Assembly (NCBI GenBank): GCA_963693365.1
Contig: CAVNZM010000006.1
Span: 7,543,264 to 7,607,263, forward strand
Reading direction: 5' to 3'
DNA: 64,000 bases
Origin: Amoebidium appalachense
Taxonomy: Eukaryota > Protista > Ichthyosporea
Shown here: positions 1 through 48,324 of the stretch, in pieces
Position numbering within the stretch: position 1 is the stretch's first letter
Layout of the letters: each line of letters opens with the position of its first letter
The notes under the pieces: model-generated
Databases searched by the model: none
Told to the model about the DNA's origin: nothing
Seen by the model: the letters and a program-made list of their open reading frames with translations, nothing else
Translations under genes and position numbers: made by a program

Positions 1-257
1 ACGAAGTTTGCACAAAAATTAAGAAAAAGGGAAAGAAAAAAAAACAGGATGAAATTAAAATGTGGCGCATGAACACATAAAGAGATGAAAGGGTGAGCTG
101 GTGTACAACTACATTTACGAACGAACCCTGCATCGCCACTGGAGTTCATTGTTCCTTAACCTGCTTATGTCCCCCCCCCCCCCCCCCCCCCCCTTTTTTT
201 TTTTTTTTTTTTAACAACATTGTTTTTTGTTTTTTTTTATGCAAGCAGGGCAGGCAG

Positions 258-21991
<21,734 letters not shown>

Positions 21992-24289
21992 GGATATATG
22001 TGCATGAATGTTGAAATTTCCATGGGATAGGGTGTGTGTATTTGTGTGTGGTAAGCGGGTTTTCTGGGAAAGAACAGGTCGTTTTTGCGTGTTGAATGAG
22101 TTGATTATGGACATAAATGGTTATTCCGCTGCATGTATGAAAGAGGATTTGGTTGAACTGTGATGGTGGTGGATGAAAATTTGCGGATACTTTTGTGGAT
22201 ATACGTTGAGATATGTGCCTTGAATTGGACGTTGGTAGACACGTTCTTATGAGATTTCTTGTTGGTCTGTGCATATGCTTGTTAGTTGATATGACAAAAC
22301 TTAGTGCCTGTTGTATTGCCTCTGGTTGCAGATTGGAATATTCAATAGAGATTTATTTGGTTTTTCTACAGGATGGGATATACTAGGCCGTATATAAAGC
22401 TAGAATGATCTTTATGGCATGTGGACACCGTGGTTTCATCTCTTGCTCTTCTTCATGTGCACGCGTTTTTGTTCGCTTCCCGGCTTTCCGGTGCTGGGCG
22501 GTTCGGTAAGGGATAATACCGAGATAAATCCGGTGTGAGATATATCATCCAGTAGATATATGCATGTTATTCTTTGGTATTGGTATTTTTTTGCTGGTGC
22601 CGCCGTTAGCCGTGGTATTTGCTATAGAATCTACTGTTTATAAGTGGGCGATAGATAGATGCCCTGTAACCAACCACCTGTAACAGTCTATCTAGTCCAA
22701 CGTATATCTATGTAGAGCACTGGGTTGCTCATGTCCACCACAATTTAATGACGTCATGGTGCAAAAAGCAAGCACCAGTTATCCAAAACAAAGCTACATA
22801 TTCATGTGTAAATGCAGTCATCTATATCCGTTTTCTTACAGCATCTCAACAACTTACAACAAAAGGGACGGCTTCATACAGCCCGTCGTGATCACACGTG
22901 CGCGTGCACCTCCATATTTGCACGTACATCTCCATCTATCCTCCCCCACACACCACCGGTACCACACACACACACACACACACACACACCGAGATCCCGG
23001 ATCCCTCCCTCCCCACCTCTCCAACCAGCACCACCACCATGGTGCAACGGAGATCTCCCAAGACTATAAAGCCCTTATAATATTAGGAAATGAACGGTAA
23101 TTCTCAAATTCATACCGAAAATGCCGTGGGGAGATAGCGATCGCAAGGGGTTGATGATCGATAGGAATGAAACTGTATTTTATAATGACCTTATTGATGT
23201 ACTCAAGGAAATTCAAAAGAGATATCTCAGATATCGCGGAGAGACGACTGGCGAGACCATGTGTGTACACAATTAATATGGATACCAAACTGATCATGAG
23301 GAGTCTCGTGACCCCAATCAAAACCGTTGGCAAGGATACTCGGCACATGTACTTTTATGCCTTTTTGGCCAAAGCTTTTGGCCTTAGTTCTTGTTCCACA
23401 TTGGTTGCAGCTGCACACAAAATCCTTATTGCTACACTTCTTCGGTACTTTTGATTTTCATTTTTTTTTATTTTAATTTAATATCTTATGATTATTAAAA
23501 ACTCTCACTGTTTGTCAACCCGGCCTGGGCATCAAATTTGACATATATGAACTTTCGAAAGGTGTCAGGAACAGCAGTCCTGGATATATATAATACAGCC
23601 AGCGCATATTTTCAGGCAGGATATATCTACCAACTGATAAACAATACTTCGATTAAAAACCAACGTAAATAGTTAAAACTGAGATAAGAGTAACTGAGAA
23701 TTTTAGATACCAAGGATAGATGCAGTAAACAGAATTTCAAATTATTTATAGGCTGGCTAGCTAGCAGTATATCCCCAAAAGCCTCCCACGCGTCTCGTGC
23801 ACCCAACCACAAATTGACTATTACCCTTCGTCACTTCAACTCTTTCTGCGCGCCATCAATATCATCAAATCTATACAATTTGTAATTATTATACGAAAAA
23901 AACATGTTCGCGTTTCACAAGCTTCGATCGCGAATATCATGTACAAGGAAAACAAAATATCTCCGACCTTCAATAACATCCCCCCCGGCCCCCCCACACC
24001 CATTTCCTTTTTCTTTCTTTCTTTCTTCCTTCCTTCTACCTTCCCCTCCCCCCCCCCCCCCCCCCCCCCCCCTCCGGGCAAGTGCGTGTGAGAGGTCTCC
24101 GAGGCTCCCTAATTCCGGGCATTCTTGCCAACCGCTATTCGTACTCAAAGAACTACGGTTACTACATAGGTTCTTCGTGCGCGTCAAATATTTGCATCTC
24201 TCTCCAACTGAATCGTACGGTAATAAAGGTTTACATGCTTAATATTTACGCATATCATCATGTCAAGCTGTTTGTCTTCAATTTTCACT

Positions 24290-28546
<4,257 letters not shown>

Positions 28547-29210
28547 GTTGCGTTTTCTAACTGGTAGTGCTAGTGTGTATAGGTAGATCTAAGATCCGTA
28601 TAGGGAAAAAAAAAGTGTCGCATCAAACTTGCAGAATCATTCGAAGAGACGATGACTTGAGTGCAGCCTAAGGCTCGAGGAGCTCGCAAGTCGCAACACA
28701 CAAGGGATAAGGGGGAAACAGTATATTATGCAGCGAACCAAAAAACGGATCTATAGAAAAAACGAAGGAAAAAAAAAAAAAACACACCAAAAGGATGTGG
28801 GTAGGGTGTTTTCGCGACAGGGGCGGGGGCCCGGAAACTGGCGGCCCGGAATGTACAGCCAAGAGTGATGTCATGCTGACGTAATGCAAGAACCAAACAA
28901 AAGCCGGTGATAGCAAATTCGCGAATGCAGTTTAGAAAAAATGTGGATTGAACATTAAAATTTTAAACTTTTTATTTTTCCCTAATCTAAAAATAAATTT
29001 GATTGAACCTTTGCACATATCACGAGTGACAAAAAGGAGTATTCGATTGGCTAAGACTTTGGAATTGGCGCGCTTTTTTGTAACTGTGTTGTTTGTTGTT
29101 TTGCCGTGTTTTTTTTTTTCCCCCTGCAACTGTTGCACTGCACATACGTATACAGGATAGAGAGGGCGGAGGAGGAGGAGGAGGAGGGACTCGGGGACGG
29201 AGGGTGGACG

Positions 29211-29244
<34 letters not shown>

Positions 29245-29783
29245 CCACTACCCCTTGAGGGCCCCCCTCCCCCCTTTCCACGGCCCTCTGTTTTCAGAGG
29301 GCCGTGCCCCCCTCCCCCTTCCCCCCTCCACCACAACCGTGCCCGGGCCCTCCTGCCGTCTCCCGGCCCCTTAGGGCCCTCAACGTTTTCAAGGCCTCCC
29401 ACTCCCCCCAGCCAAAACGTTGACGCATAGCTGTGGGACACCGCGGCCGCCTCCCCTCTCCTCCCCCCTCCTCCCCTCCCCCCCCCCCCCCCCCCCCCCC
29501 CCGCCCGCCCCCCGCCCCCCCCCCCCCCCCCCCCTCCCCCCTCCCCCCTCCCCCCCGCGGGCCCTCCTCCTCCGCCTCAGCCCCCCCACCTTCCCCAAAC
29601 CCACCTTCCTGGGTGGTGAAGCGATTCCCCCTGCTTGGTAACATCTCTCCTCCATAAAAAGTTTTTTTTGCAAGCCAAAATGTCACCGTGCTTGGTGATT
29701 TGCAAGTCCGACAGACTCTGCGTGTGATGTGTGTTGAAGTTGTATGTGCGTGCGTGTGTGTGTGTGTGTGTGTGTGTGCGTGC

Positions 29784-29844
<61 letters not shown>

Positions 29845-30030
29845 GCGTGCGTGCGTGCACACACGACACTTTGTGCCCAGTGGTTTGCCCTTTTGTAGGC
29901 TATCTCCGGCATACGATGTGCGTGTGCGTGTGTGTGTGTGCGTGTGTGTGTGTGTGTGTGTTTGTGTGTGTGTCTGTGTGTGTGTGTTTGTGTGTGTGTG
30001 TCAGACGTTGCCACAGTGTGTGTGTGTGTG

Positions 30031-30094
<64 letters not shown>

Positions 30095-31560
30095 TCAGTG
30101 CATGCGCGCGCGCCCGTGCACACGTGTGCAGTGTGTATGTGCGTGTGAGTGTGTGTGCAGTATTGAGCTCGAGTGTGTTTAGAGGGCCACGGTGTTGCAG
30201 TGCAGTCGCACACACGCCTCGAGCTCGCATTCGTGTGTGTGTGGGAGTGTGGTTGTGTGGGTGTCTGTGATTGTGCGTGGGGGTGACTATGTAGTGACGA
30301 CTAGGGGCACGCAAGACTTCGTGTGCTCCACTCGTAGACTCCCGAGAGAGGTTGGGAGGTGGATGGGCAGAGAGCGAGAAAAAAGAGGGAAAGGGAAAGA
30401 GAAAGAGGCAAGATTTTGTGTTTTTGTTTGTCACCAGGTGCCACCGTTGTATGCTGCAGTTCGCTTTGTGGCTATGTGGAGTGTGTTTCCCGGCGGCAGT
30501 GTGCAAGTTGCGCATGATATAGCGTACATACGACGGCACTCCCCTTGTATGTGCGCGTGTGTACATGTGTGTGCGCGCAAGCACCCTGTGCGTGTTTATG
30601 TGCCAATACGTGTGCGTATGCCTGCAGCTGCTACTGTGTGCGTGAGTGCGCAGTGCGTGTGTCTGCATATGCCAGGTGGCACGGTGGTGTGCTTGTGTGC
30701 GTGCTGCGTGGAAGTTCACAGCAGTGCTAAGAACACGTGCACAGGTGACAGGCCCCAGCCTACAGGCCCCTCCGGAGTCTCTATGGCTAGTACGGCGGTA
30801 TGCCATCGGGACACCGAAAGGGTCGGTATTGGCATGTATAGTCTAAAGTTTTACATACGTAACTAAATTTAGGATAGGCTATAAAGTTTAATGCCAAAAA
30901 TTTAGGCTGTTCCGCTGCTGAGTGAAATGAGCAGCTGAGTGCTGACTTCGGGAGAAAAACTTTCGGAGAAGGGTGCCCACTGCCAAGGCCTCCTACTCTG
31001 ACCGTATGACTGGCGTTCTTGAGTTTATCTCTGGTATGCAAGTGATTAACTTGAACCCCACGGCCCGGCCCATTGCGCAAGGTGACTACAGTACGGTCCC
31101 CGCATGAAATCCCAGTAGTATGTGCCCAATGTCATGCCCAGCCTTTTTTTTTTTCGGTGCTAGGATTGTTTGTATTAACTCCTGATTTTCGGCGTCGGCA
31201 AAATGGCAGGCTTTTCTATACTGTAGGTAGTGCCATGTAGTAGCAACTACGGAAATAGGGAACTGCGAACAACATCAAAATTCGATAAACAGTGAAAAAT
31301 TAAACTGTGAAATGTACCTGATGAAATTTGAGCTGTACAAAAAAATAAAAACGAAAATCTTTCACATATACATCATATAAATATTTATATATTAAATTAG
31401 CTTAAATAAAGTTGTAGAGATGTTCTGATTAGATTCAACTTTACCTGTGTCTTGAGTTCCTCAAGTTCAAAAAAATTACACAACTTTCACAGCGTTAGGA
31501 AAGATCTATGAATTCGCTTTGGTATGTGCTTCTAACGATTTGATTGGCTTTTTAAACCAT

Positions 31561-31574
31561 TGGTGACGTCACCA
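31561..31574. promoter_or_regulatory. CRE/ATF-like palindrome upstream of the globin gene
   Basis: Perfect 14-bp palindrome TGGTGACGTCACCA with a reverse CCAAT (GATTGG) about 15 bp upstream, in the microsatellite-free region 5' of the gene. Function is inferred only. Confidence 0.35.
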
Positions 31575-32084
31575 GTAGCCCCGCGGATAAAACATTCGTA
31601 TTCGTCATCAACGCGAACATAAAAGCCTTTTCGCGCCCGTACAGTCACCTGTTCACGTGTTCCCTGCTTGGGGGACAAAACAGAGAAAAATACTGGTGTT
31701 GAGCGTAAGAGGCAAAGGACTTGCTACCATTTTTCTCCTGTAGCGTTTCAATACTTTGGGCATCTGACGGGTTGCCTGTTGTATCGCCCACCAATTGCTT
31801 TGAAGGACCAATGAATGAATGGTAGCGCTTCAATGATAGGTTTCGGTTTTTGAGCGCTACATGTACACCTTTTCTCTCCATGTTTCTCACCTCGGCTGTC
31901 TGGATATCACCTGCCGTAAGATTTTTTTTTACAGTGTCTTCTTCTATCTCGTTTCTCCGCCCAACACCACCCACCTACCCCCATCTTCTGGCCCGTCTCC
32001 TCTCCTGTCGGACAGTTCACTCTCATCCTTCGAATCCGTCCCAACTATTTGCCTCAAGAGTCCACCAAAAAGGAATCTCAGAGA

Positions 32085-40715
<8,631 letters not shown>

Positions 40716-41175
40716 TTGTGTGTGTGCGTGTGTGTGCGTGTTTGTGTGTGTGCCACACGTGTGTGTGCATGCACGCGTGTATGTGTGCGCATGTGCATGT
40801 AAGTGCGTGCACATGCTTTGGTGTTGCGTGTTGCCGCTATACGTTTGTAAGTGAGCTATGGCCGCCATGGCTTTATGTAGTACAGGTCGCATCGTTTTGG
40901 CGCATTTTACACACGTCTACACCTACATGAGTGAAGGACAATGATATGATAAGCATGATTAATACAAGATTTGAGATCTCTCCACACACCCCTTTGTCAA
41001 TTCGCGTGTACATGTGTCACCATGCCTAACGGAAGTCCTTGCGTACGCAAGGGTGCAGGTGTAAACTCCTTTTCTTTTCTTTTTCACTTCCAGTTTACGC
41101 CTTTTCTTCCCTGGTTTGAAGTTCACGCTTTCTCGCTAACTTTTTTTTTTTTTTTTTTTTTGTGAGAGAGCCTAA

Positions 41176-41211
<36 letters not shown>

Positions 41212-42369
41212 CTGTTACATGGCAAGCTGGCAGGCTCGATTGATTATCGGTGTGTGTATGTATTTAAGAGCTTTTTGCCCTAAACATAATTCCTTTTTGT
41301 CTGTCACACGGTTTGTCAGTATTACTAGAAGAAACATAGCTATGTGACTAATAGTATGACCAGTAGCTCATTCGATTATTCTCGATCGTGTAAAACTATT
41401 CAAACTGTGGCACACCCTCCCGTATCTCTGTGCCTCACATACATTCCCCTAGGCTAGCGTTTGGTCTTTTTTAAATTTTCTTGTGTGATGCTTAAAGCCT
41501 TGCACCTAGCTGATCCTGATTTATCACCATGCGCGAAACTTGAAGAAAGCTGATTAATCCAATTGAGCCTACTACTTATATGAATTGGCATGACACATAC
41601 TAAGTAAGCGTGTTTACAGCCGAAGTGTACACAACGTTCAACTTGTAACTGTATGTATATACCATTCTTTTCATCCTCGGGAAAATAATCACTGACACCT
41701 TCCCACTCCCCCCCCCCCCCCCCCCCCCACCCCTTTCCCCCCCTGATATGGAAGTGCACGGCACAGGGCCCATATCCGGGCCCCACGTGCATATCCATAT
41801 GGCGCACAAGCGGGAAAAAGCCAGGCAGTAGGGGTTGTCGGAGCCACCATGGATACACATGGCAAGGCACGACCTTAGGTGCAGCAACACGGCGCCCAGA
41901 AAACCGCGAGCTTCAGCCAACTTGAAGGCTAAGCCCTATACGCAACGTCCTCCCCACCAAAAGACTGCTGCGAGGGTCTTAAAACCAAGCGGGTTATATA
42001 ACCGAGGATTGACAGCTCTGCAACGGTAATGGGGCACCCTGACAGCCAGGGCGAACTGGCATGCATGTGTGGGCACACACGCAAGTTGGTGTTACCCACA
42101 TTACGTTGCATTTCACTGACCCGAGCTCACACGCGTACGGAGCCCCACTGGTGTGCTTTGGCCCCAACAAAGTTGGTCGCCTGCCAAGGCACACGATACA
42201 AAGCATAAGCGGCCTTGCACCCTGAGTGACACGCAGCGTATACGAAGCCCTACGTATGGCACAAGTAAGGGTATCTGATGTAAGACTATCAGTACACTCT
42301 ATAAAGGCTTGATCAATCTCGGCTTCTCGGCCCAAATTCACGGATTTCAGATCCCTAATTGAATTTGGC

Positions 42370-42900
42370 GGCTCAAAAGTGGGGCCTAGCCATTCTATGT
42401 TGGTCATAGTCCAAATTCGTTTTTACTCAAAAAAGCCTAAACAATGAATAGAAAACAGGCTTTAGCGCCTGAATTAAAAATATAGAAAATAAAGCGACAC
42501 ACATTGTTTGTATAAGCAACATAGGGTGTCCGGCGCGTTTTTTGAGGCCAAAACAGGCAAGAACACATGTTTTGCTCACAGCCATCTAGAAACACCGTTA
42601 TGCTCTATCGATCGACTCCTGATGTCAGTCAGTCGGCAGTAGGGCTGGCCCCAGCCGCTATGCAAGACGGGTTTTGATGATTTTAGCGATGTAGGCGTTG
42701 TCGGAGCACCCCGACTGCTTATATCATTTTTGCGCGTATTTTTATTTCCTAAAACTTTTTCTTATGGACGAAACCCAACTTTCTAAGTAAAATCGGGGCC
42801 TAACTGCTTTTGAGAGGCTGTCGGTCTGGGATTTTGGCCTGTCACCGCCTGAGCGGCCCTTACCTTGGCCCTTACTTTTGGCGCAACCAATCACAAGATT
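42370..42900 (+). mobile_element. Diverged non-autonomous (MITE-like) element; relative of 54560-55050
   Basis: Colinear blocks shared with the reverse complement of 54560-55050 (GGTCATA..CCAAAT, TGAATAGAAAA, AAAGCGACA, TCCGGCGC, AAAACAGGCAA, TTTGCGCGT, TTTCTAAGT.AAATCG, TTTGAGAGGCTGT). Ends AAAAGTGGGGCC / GGCCCTTACTTTT are imperfect inverted repeats. Confidence 0.6.
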
Positions 42901-44243
42901 CGAATTGTTCCGGTGAGCCATATAAGGTTAGGCAGAATTTGAAATAAATCACTTCTAAACCGGTCTATAGCTGGCTACAATGTGTATTCCGATCATAAGG
43001 GAAAGCACCAAATGAGTCATTTTCTGTTTAGCTGGATGCAGAGTTTAAAAGAAACTATGAAGTGAAAATTATTTTCTTGTTTTTAGGGCATGAATTTTTT
43101 TCGAGTCTCTTTTGCTGGTAACTGCGGGTATTCGTCACCATCTGGCGTGAAAACTGGGCCTCCAGGGTTAAGAATTAGACGGGACCGTCTCGTGGAGCGC
43201 ACGATATGATGGACATGGTTTGTATAAAAGGGTGCGCACACATCTTAATACAAAACCGAATTGGCTACTTATATTGTTCATTTTTTCTTGCCGGGGTAGG
43301 CCAAATACAAAATCTGCCCATGTACTTATTTCGGTCAGGGCCACTTTGCTCTTCTTCTCTTCTCGGTCAGGGCCACTTTGCATCCTCTGAACTTCAGTTC
43401 CAATACTTTAAAATGTACTACAAAAAACTAAAATAGTTGTGTTGGAGTGTGATTGGAGGTCAATACATAATTGACCACGTTTACATGGTTTTAAACGTAA
43501 AATCAATGTTCTTGATTTTGGAGTTATGTCATAAAGCGGCCCACTCTTTGTGCACCGCACATTTCCCACAAAGTTCGGAAGTTCGGGTCTGAAAAGGCTT
43601 TATTAAAGACACCTCAACATTGCTAAGATCTTTAGTTTTACAACAGGATGATTGGCTGTTATGTGTCGATCTGGAAGTGAATGCAAGCCAAGCCGCCGGC
43701 CAAATTGCCAATCGTATCGACCACACGCACATCGACGTCATCATGTATTTGATTAAGTTTCAAAAATTGATTCATGTACTTAGTAAGTAAACAAATAAAT
43801 CTAAAAATATTATATTATGATTGCATAAAAGCTTTGAGAGACTTGCGCTGCCAAAATAGAAGAAATAAAAGGTCTTTAAAAACGTTCGGATTTCCCGCAT
43901 TCCTGTGGCTCACTGCAGGAATGAAGGGAAACACTATAGATTATACTGGGTCGCTTTGCATAAAAATTTAGTGATGCTTGGCCACTTACGTAAGCCAGTG
44001 GGTAGTACATAGCTTTGGAGACTAGTCAGCACCATCAGCACCACAATCAGCACCATCCACCTCTACTTAGGCCCCTAGAGGGGCAGCTAGAACCCATCCA
44101 TGGCTTCTCAGGACGTATCCATCATGTTCCCGGACCCTCCTGGGACACCGTGACCGCCTGGGAGCCGCAAACGTGATACACGGGAAGGAGAAGCCGAGTA
44201 TAAAATCAAACACTGGACCAAACGGACCTCGTCGTTCAGCAAA

Positions 44244-46500
44244 TGGAGGCGCGCTTACAGCAGCTGAAAGCTGACCGGGCACCCCCCACTGGCCCTGCCC
44301 ATGCGGGCCGCCGCCCGGCCTCTGCAGCAAAGGCAGCGCCCAATGAGTTACCCGCTCCCCCGGGGTCTCCCAAGTTCATACCCACGACGAACCCTAAGGT
44401 GTACCGCACTACCGTGGACGCCAAGACCGTGTACGTCCGAGAAAGTCAAAATGTATGCAGAGGGTGGCCCAGACCCACGGGGCTACCCAGGCTATGGCAG
44501 CCCTTGCCGCAGCATCCCTGCACCCAACCCGCCGCCCTCGGGTGGCATCTGACCCTGCACCTGAGGGTACCGACGAGTCCGAGCTGACCACTGCAGCCTT
44601 CACCATGGTGCCGGCCAACTTCAGCACCATGTGTGACCGTCTCTACACCGTCCTCGGAGTCCTCAACCGAATGATTCCCGACATGCTCTTCATTGGCCGT
44701 CACTACACAGTGTTTGTTTCATCGTGCGTGCCGGCTACCGTGATACCCTCGTAAGCATCATCCAACGTGCTACCGGCGCCACCTTTCTCGCAGACTTCGA
44801 CCCTACGGCTCCCTACAACACCACACTTAACCGTGCTGACGCAGAGGCTGCTGCCCGGGCCTCTTGGCAACGCCGGGTGCTTGCGCGGGTGACCAACGCC
44901 CACGCCTGGACTGCCAAGGCAGCCACACTTTACCCGGCACACGACAGCCGGGTCAAAACAGCAGCTGAGGTGCGTGTGTACTGGGAGGCTCAGCACGTGC
45001 AGGTCCTCAGCAAGCCCTACGACCCCAGAGTCAGCCGCCCCAGCCAACTCCCAGTAAGCATGCTCTCCTTTCTCTTCTGGAATGCTCGTAGTCTAAATAA
45101 GGGTAAAGCACCGTTTCTTCTTTCGTTATCCCAACAGGAGTTCCCGTTTATTGTTGTCGCAGAAACGTGATGGTGAGACCACGCGACACTCCGTCGGTCT
45201 GGGCGGCTCGTGGGCGAGTCTACTCAGCCCGTGGGCATCACTCCGCATAGTGTTCATCGCCGCCTCCCACTTTGTTAACCACTGTTCAATAATAGCCCGC
45301 ACCATACACACACTCACTATTTCAGTTTGTGGCCATATATACACGTTTGTTATTTTCCACCTAGCCTTCCACTCAGGCTGCTAGCACTTAAACACGAACT
45401 TAACACCATTGCCCTACAATAACCCCACACTAGTGTTAGGAGACTTGCCCGTTAGTTACCACACCCCACCCCATACACGGCCACCCACAGGCCCTACTTA
45501 AACCCAACCACCCACGCACACCAACTTTTTACACTTTTGTTCGTTACGCATTCAAGTTACTCTTCCAGCTGTAGACTGTACAAGATCTGGCTCTCCGCAC
45601 GTTGTCTTCATCGACCTTAAGAACGTCCACGACACCGTACCCACTGGTTTGTTATGGCATAAGCTGGCTATGCGGGGCTTACCAGCCCCCTTTGGCCGTC
45701 TTCTGCAAGCACTGTTCGATACCACTCGCGGACGAGCGGCGGTCAATGGAACATTAACGCCCGGTTAGTTCTCGTTCTCATCGGGGTCTTCTGCAGGGGT
45801 CTGACCTCCTGAGTCTGTTGTTGTTTGACGTTTTCATTGACGATTTAGCCTGCGCCCTCGAACCCTTTGGCCAACTGCATACCCGCCGTGTACCGGGTCT
45901 CCTTCTTGCGGACGATATTGCTCTTTGTTCCTTAACCGAAGATGTCATGCACCAGATGCTTCGTCAGGTGGATCAATGGTGCACCGAGAATCTTATGACA
46001 GTCGGAATTGCAAAGTGTGCTACTTTTTCGAAAAACGCTTCCTTTCGATTGGCCGGTCTTCCTATTCCTGTTCAGAGCACCTATGACAATTTGGGTAATC
46101 CTTTTACTGCACGGGGTATTGATTTCCGCAAGCTCCTCACGGCACGGATCGCTCGTGCGAAGGGTACGCTTCACATCGTGTCAAATATGTTTCAACGGGA
46201 GTCTGTGATCCATCCTGCCAGTGCGAACCTTCAGTTCTTCTCTACTATAAAACATTTTTACGGTCGACTTTCGAATATGGACTTCCGCTATTGGCCTGCG
46301 CCCCACCTCGCGAGGCGGCCGTGGCGCTGAAAGAGTTCGACGATTTTCAGGGAACTGCGTTACCTCTTTCCCTACGGGTGTTTGCTACACTGGCTGGCAA
46401 TGTGACCACTTTAGACTTTTTGTTGAATTCTGTTGGTCGTCACATTGAGTATTTATATGATTTTCACACAGTGTTCAGGTATCTCAGTATGCACTTGTTA
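44244..46500 (+). mobile_element. Decayed LINE: frameshifted ORF1, APE endonuclease start and reverse transcriptase, with internal deletion
   Basis: APE motif FLFWNARSL..IVVAET* at about 45060-45170. RT motifs VFIDLKNVHDTV..LLWHKL, GLLQGS..LLFDVFIDDL, LLLADDIAL, WCTENLMTVGIAKC, YDNLG at about 45600-46100. Multiple stops and frameshifts. Confidence 0.88.
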
Positions 46501-47448
46501 CTGGATAATTCGTGAAGTTTTTATTGTCTTCTCAGTATGCCGTGCATACTTGCATATCTTTCCGTCGAATAAATCCAGTCAAAAGAAAAAAACCTTCTCT
46601 GTCACAAACATACGACTCGCCCCACACATATGAGTTTTGGGGGATCCCGATCTGCAGTAAATGCAAGCCAAGCCGACAACAAAATTGCCAATCGTATTCC
46701 ACCGAGCGCACAATGACGTCACCTTGTGATCTGAAATATTTGATGCGCTTCGCCAGTTGGTTCGTTTAAATTTAGACAGTTGATAATTTTTGAAGCTTTT
46801 TGTGATTGGATAAAAGCCGACGGCGAAAAAAAAGAAGTCATGATCACGAAGTTACAACATGTAGGCCTACAAGAGAATGAGCTTGAAGTCATCATGAAAC
46901 GAGCTGTACCTAAAGCTGGGCCAATGTCCAACTCAGCCAGCCAGCTGCAGTCACGATCGGGCATGGTCACGCCGAGACACGCCGATCATGTTCACATCCA
47001 CAACACCATCACCAGGTAGCCACACTTATATCTGTACATGTATACGTACACGCTTACACCACGTCCTGACCCAGCTTTGCCCATTCACACCCACCCATCA
47101 ATCCCCATTGCAAACAAACAAATACTGACAGTCATGAAGCACGTGTATCAGCGACTCACCATCTCGCACAATACCATATGCATACAGGCACACATAACAT
47201 GTAGACACCATGATACCACTTCACATCACACGAACAGCACTTAACCGTGTTACACACGAGCGTCCTAAAATTGCCCAGGAACGTGACACATAAAACGTTA
47301 AACTTGTCAAAACTTTCCCAGAGCGCCAATCTCTCTGCACACAACCCTTCGAAAGATTCAGTTTCATCTCTGCACTGACCCCCAGCAGTGCGTGCTTTCT
47401 TTATTTGGCTATGTTTTCCCCTACGTGAAATACTACTCTTTACTTTGT

Positions 47449-48282
47449 TTACTTAGAGCCCACGCGTGTGCGCTTTGCCCATGAGAAGTTGTCGCCGTAG
47501 GACTTACGGAGGAACTTCTTCTTCTCGTGGGGCTCGCGAACGTTGACGGTGAAGCCTGTTTTTTTGGAGAGGGTTTATGTATGAGATGGTGTACATTCAT
47601 ATATGTGTTGTGCTTGGCCACTTACTGGCTTATGGTGTGACATATCAACGACACAGCTCCACTCCCTCCCTCGCCAACCCCCCCCCCCCCCCCCCCCCGC
47701 CCCCCCAGGGAAAAAAAAAAAATTTCACCACCATCCTCCCCTTTTGGTGGATGCGTGTGTACGTCCGTGCATCCGCGTGTCCGTGCGTGCAAGTGTGCGA
47801 GTCCGTGCATGCGTCTGTGGCTGCGTTCTTGCGTGCGTGCATGTGTGTGTTCGCAGATGTGTCAGGAGAGATGAGTCGAGGGGGGGGGGGGGGGGGGGGG
47901 GGGGGGAGGGGGGGGGGGGGGGGAGGCAGGGAGGGATGAAGGAAAACAAAAAAAAAAAAAAAAAGAAACAACAAATAAGACAAGAAAAACACCACTTGGA
48001 CACACCATTTCACGTACACATCACATACATACGTGATAAATGGAACAGGGTGGCCACAAGCAATTAGCGACCCTTGCTACCATCCCAATGTTAAGAGAGC
48101 TCAACGGCGTTTGCACTTGCCCCCCCCCCCCCCCCCCCCCCCCGCCCGCCCGCCCCCCCCGTGCATCCGCGTGTCCGTGCGTGCGTGTGTGCGAGTCCGT
48201 GCATGCGTCTGTGGCTGCGTTCTTGCGTGCGTGCATGTGTGTGTTCGCAGATGTGTCAGGAGAGATGAGTCGAGGGGGAGGG

Positions 48283-48324
<42 letters not shown>

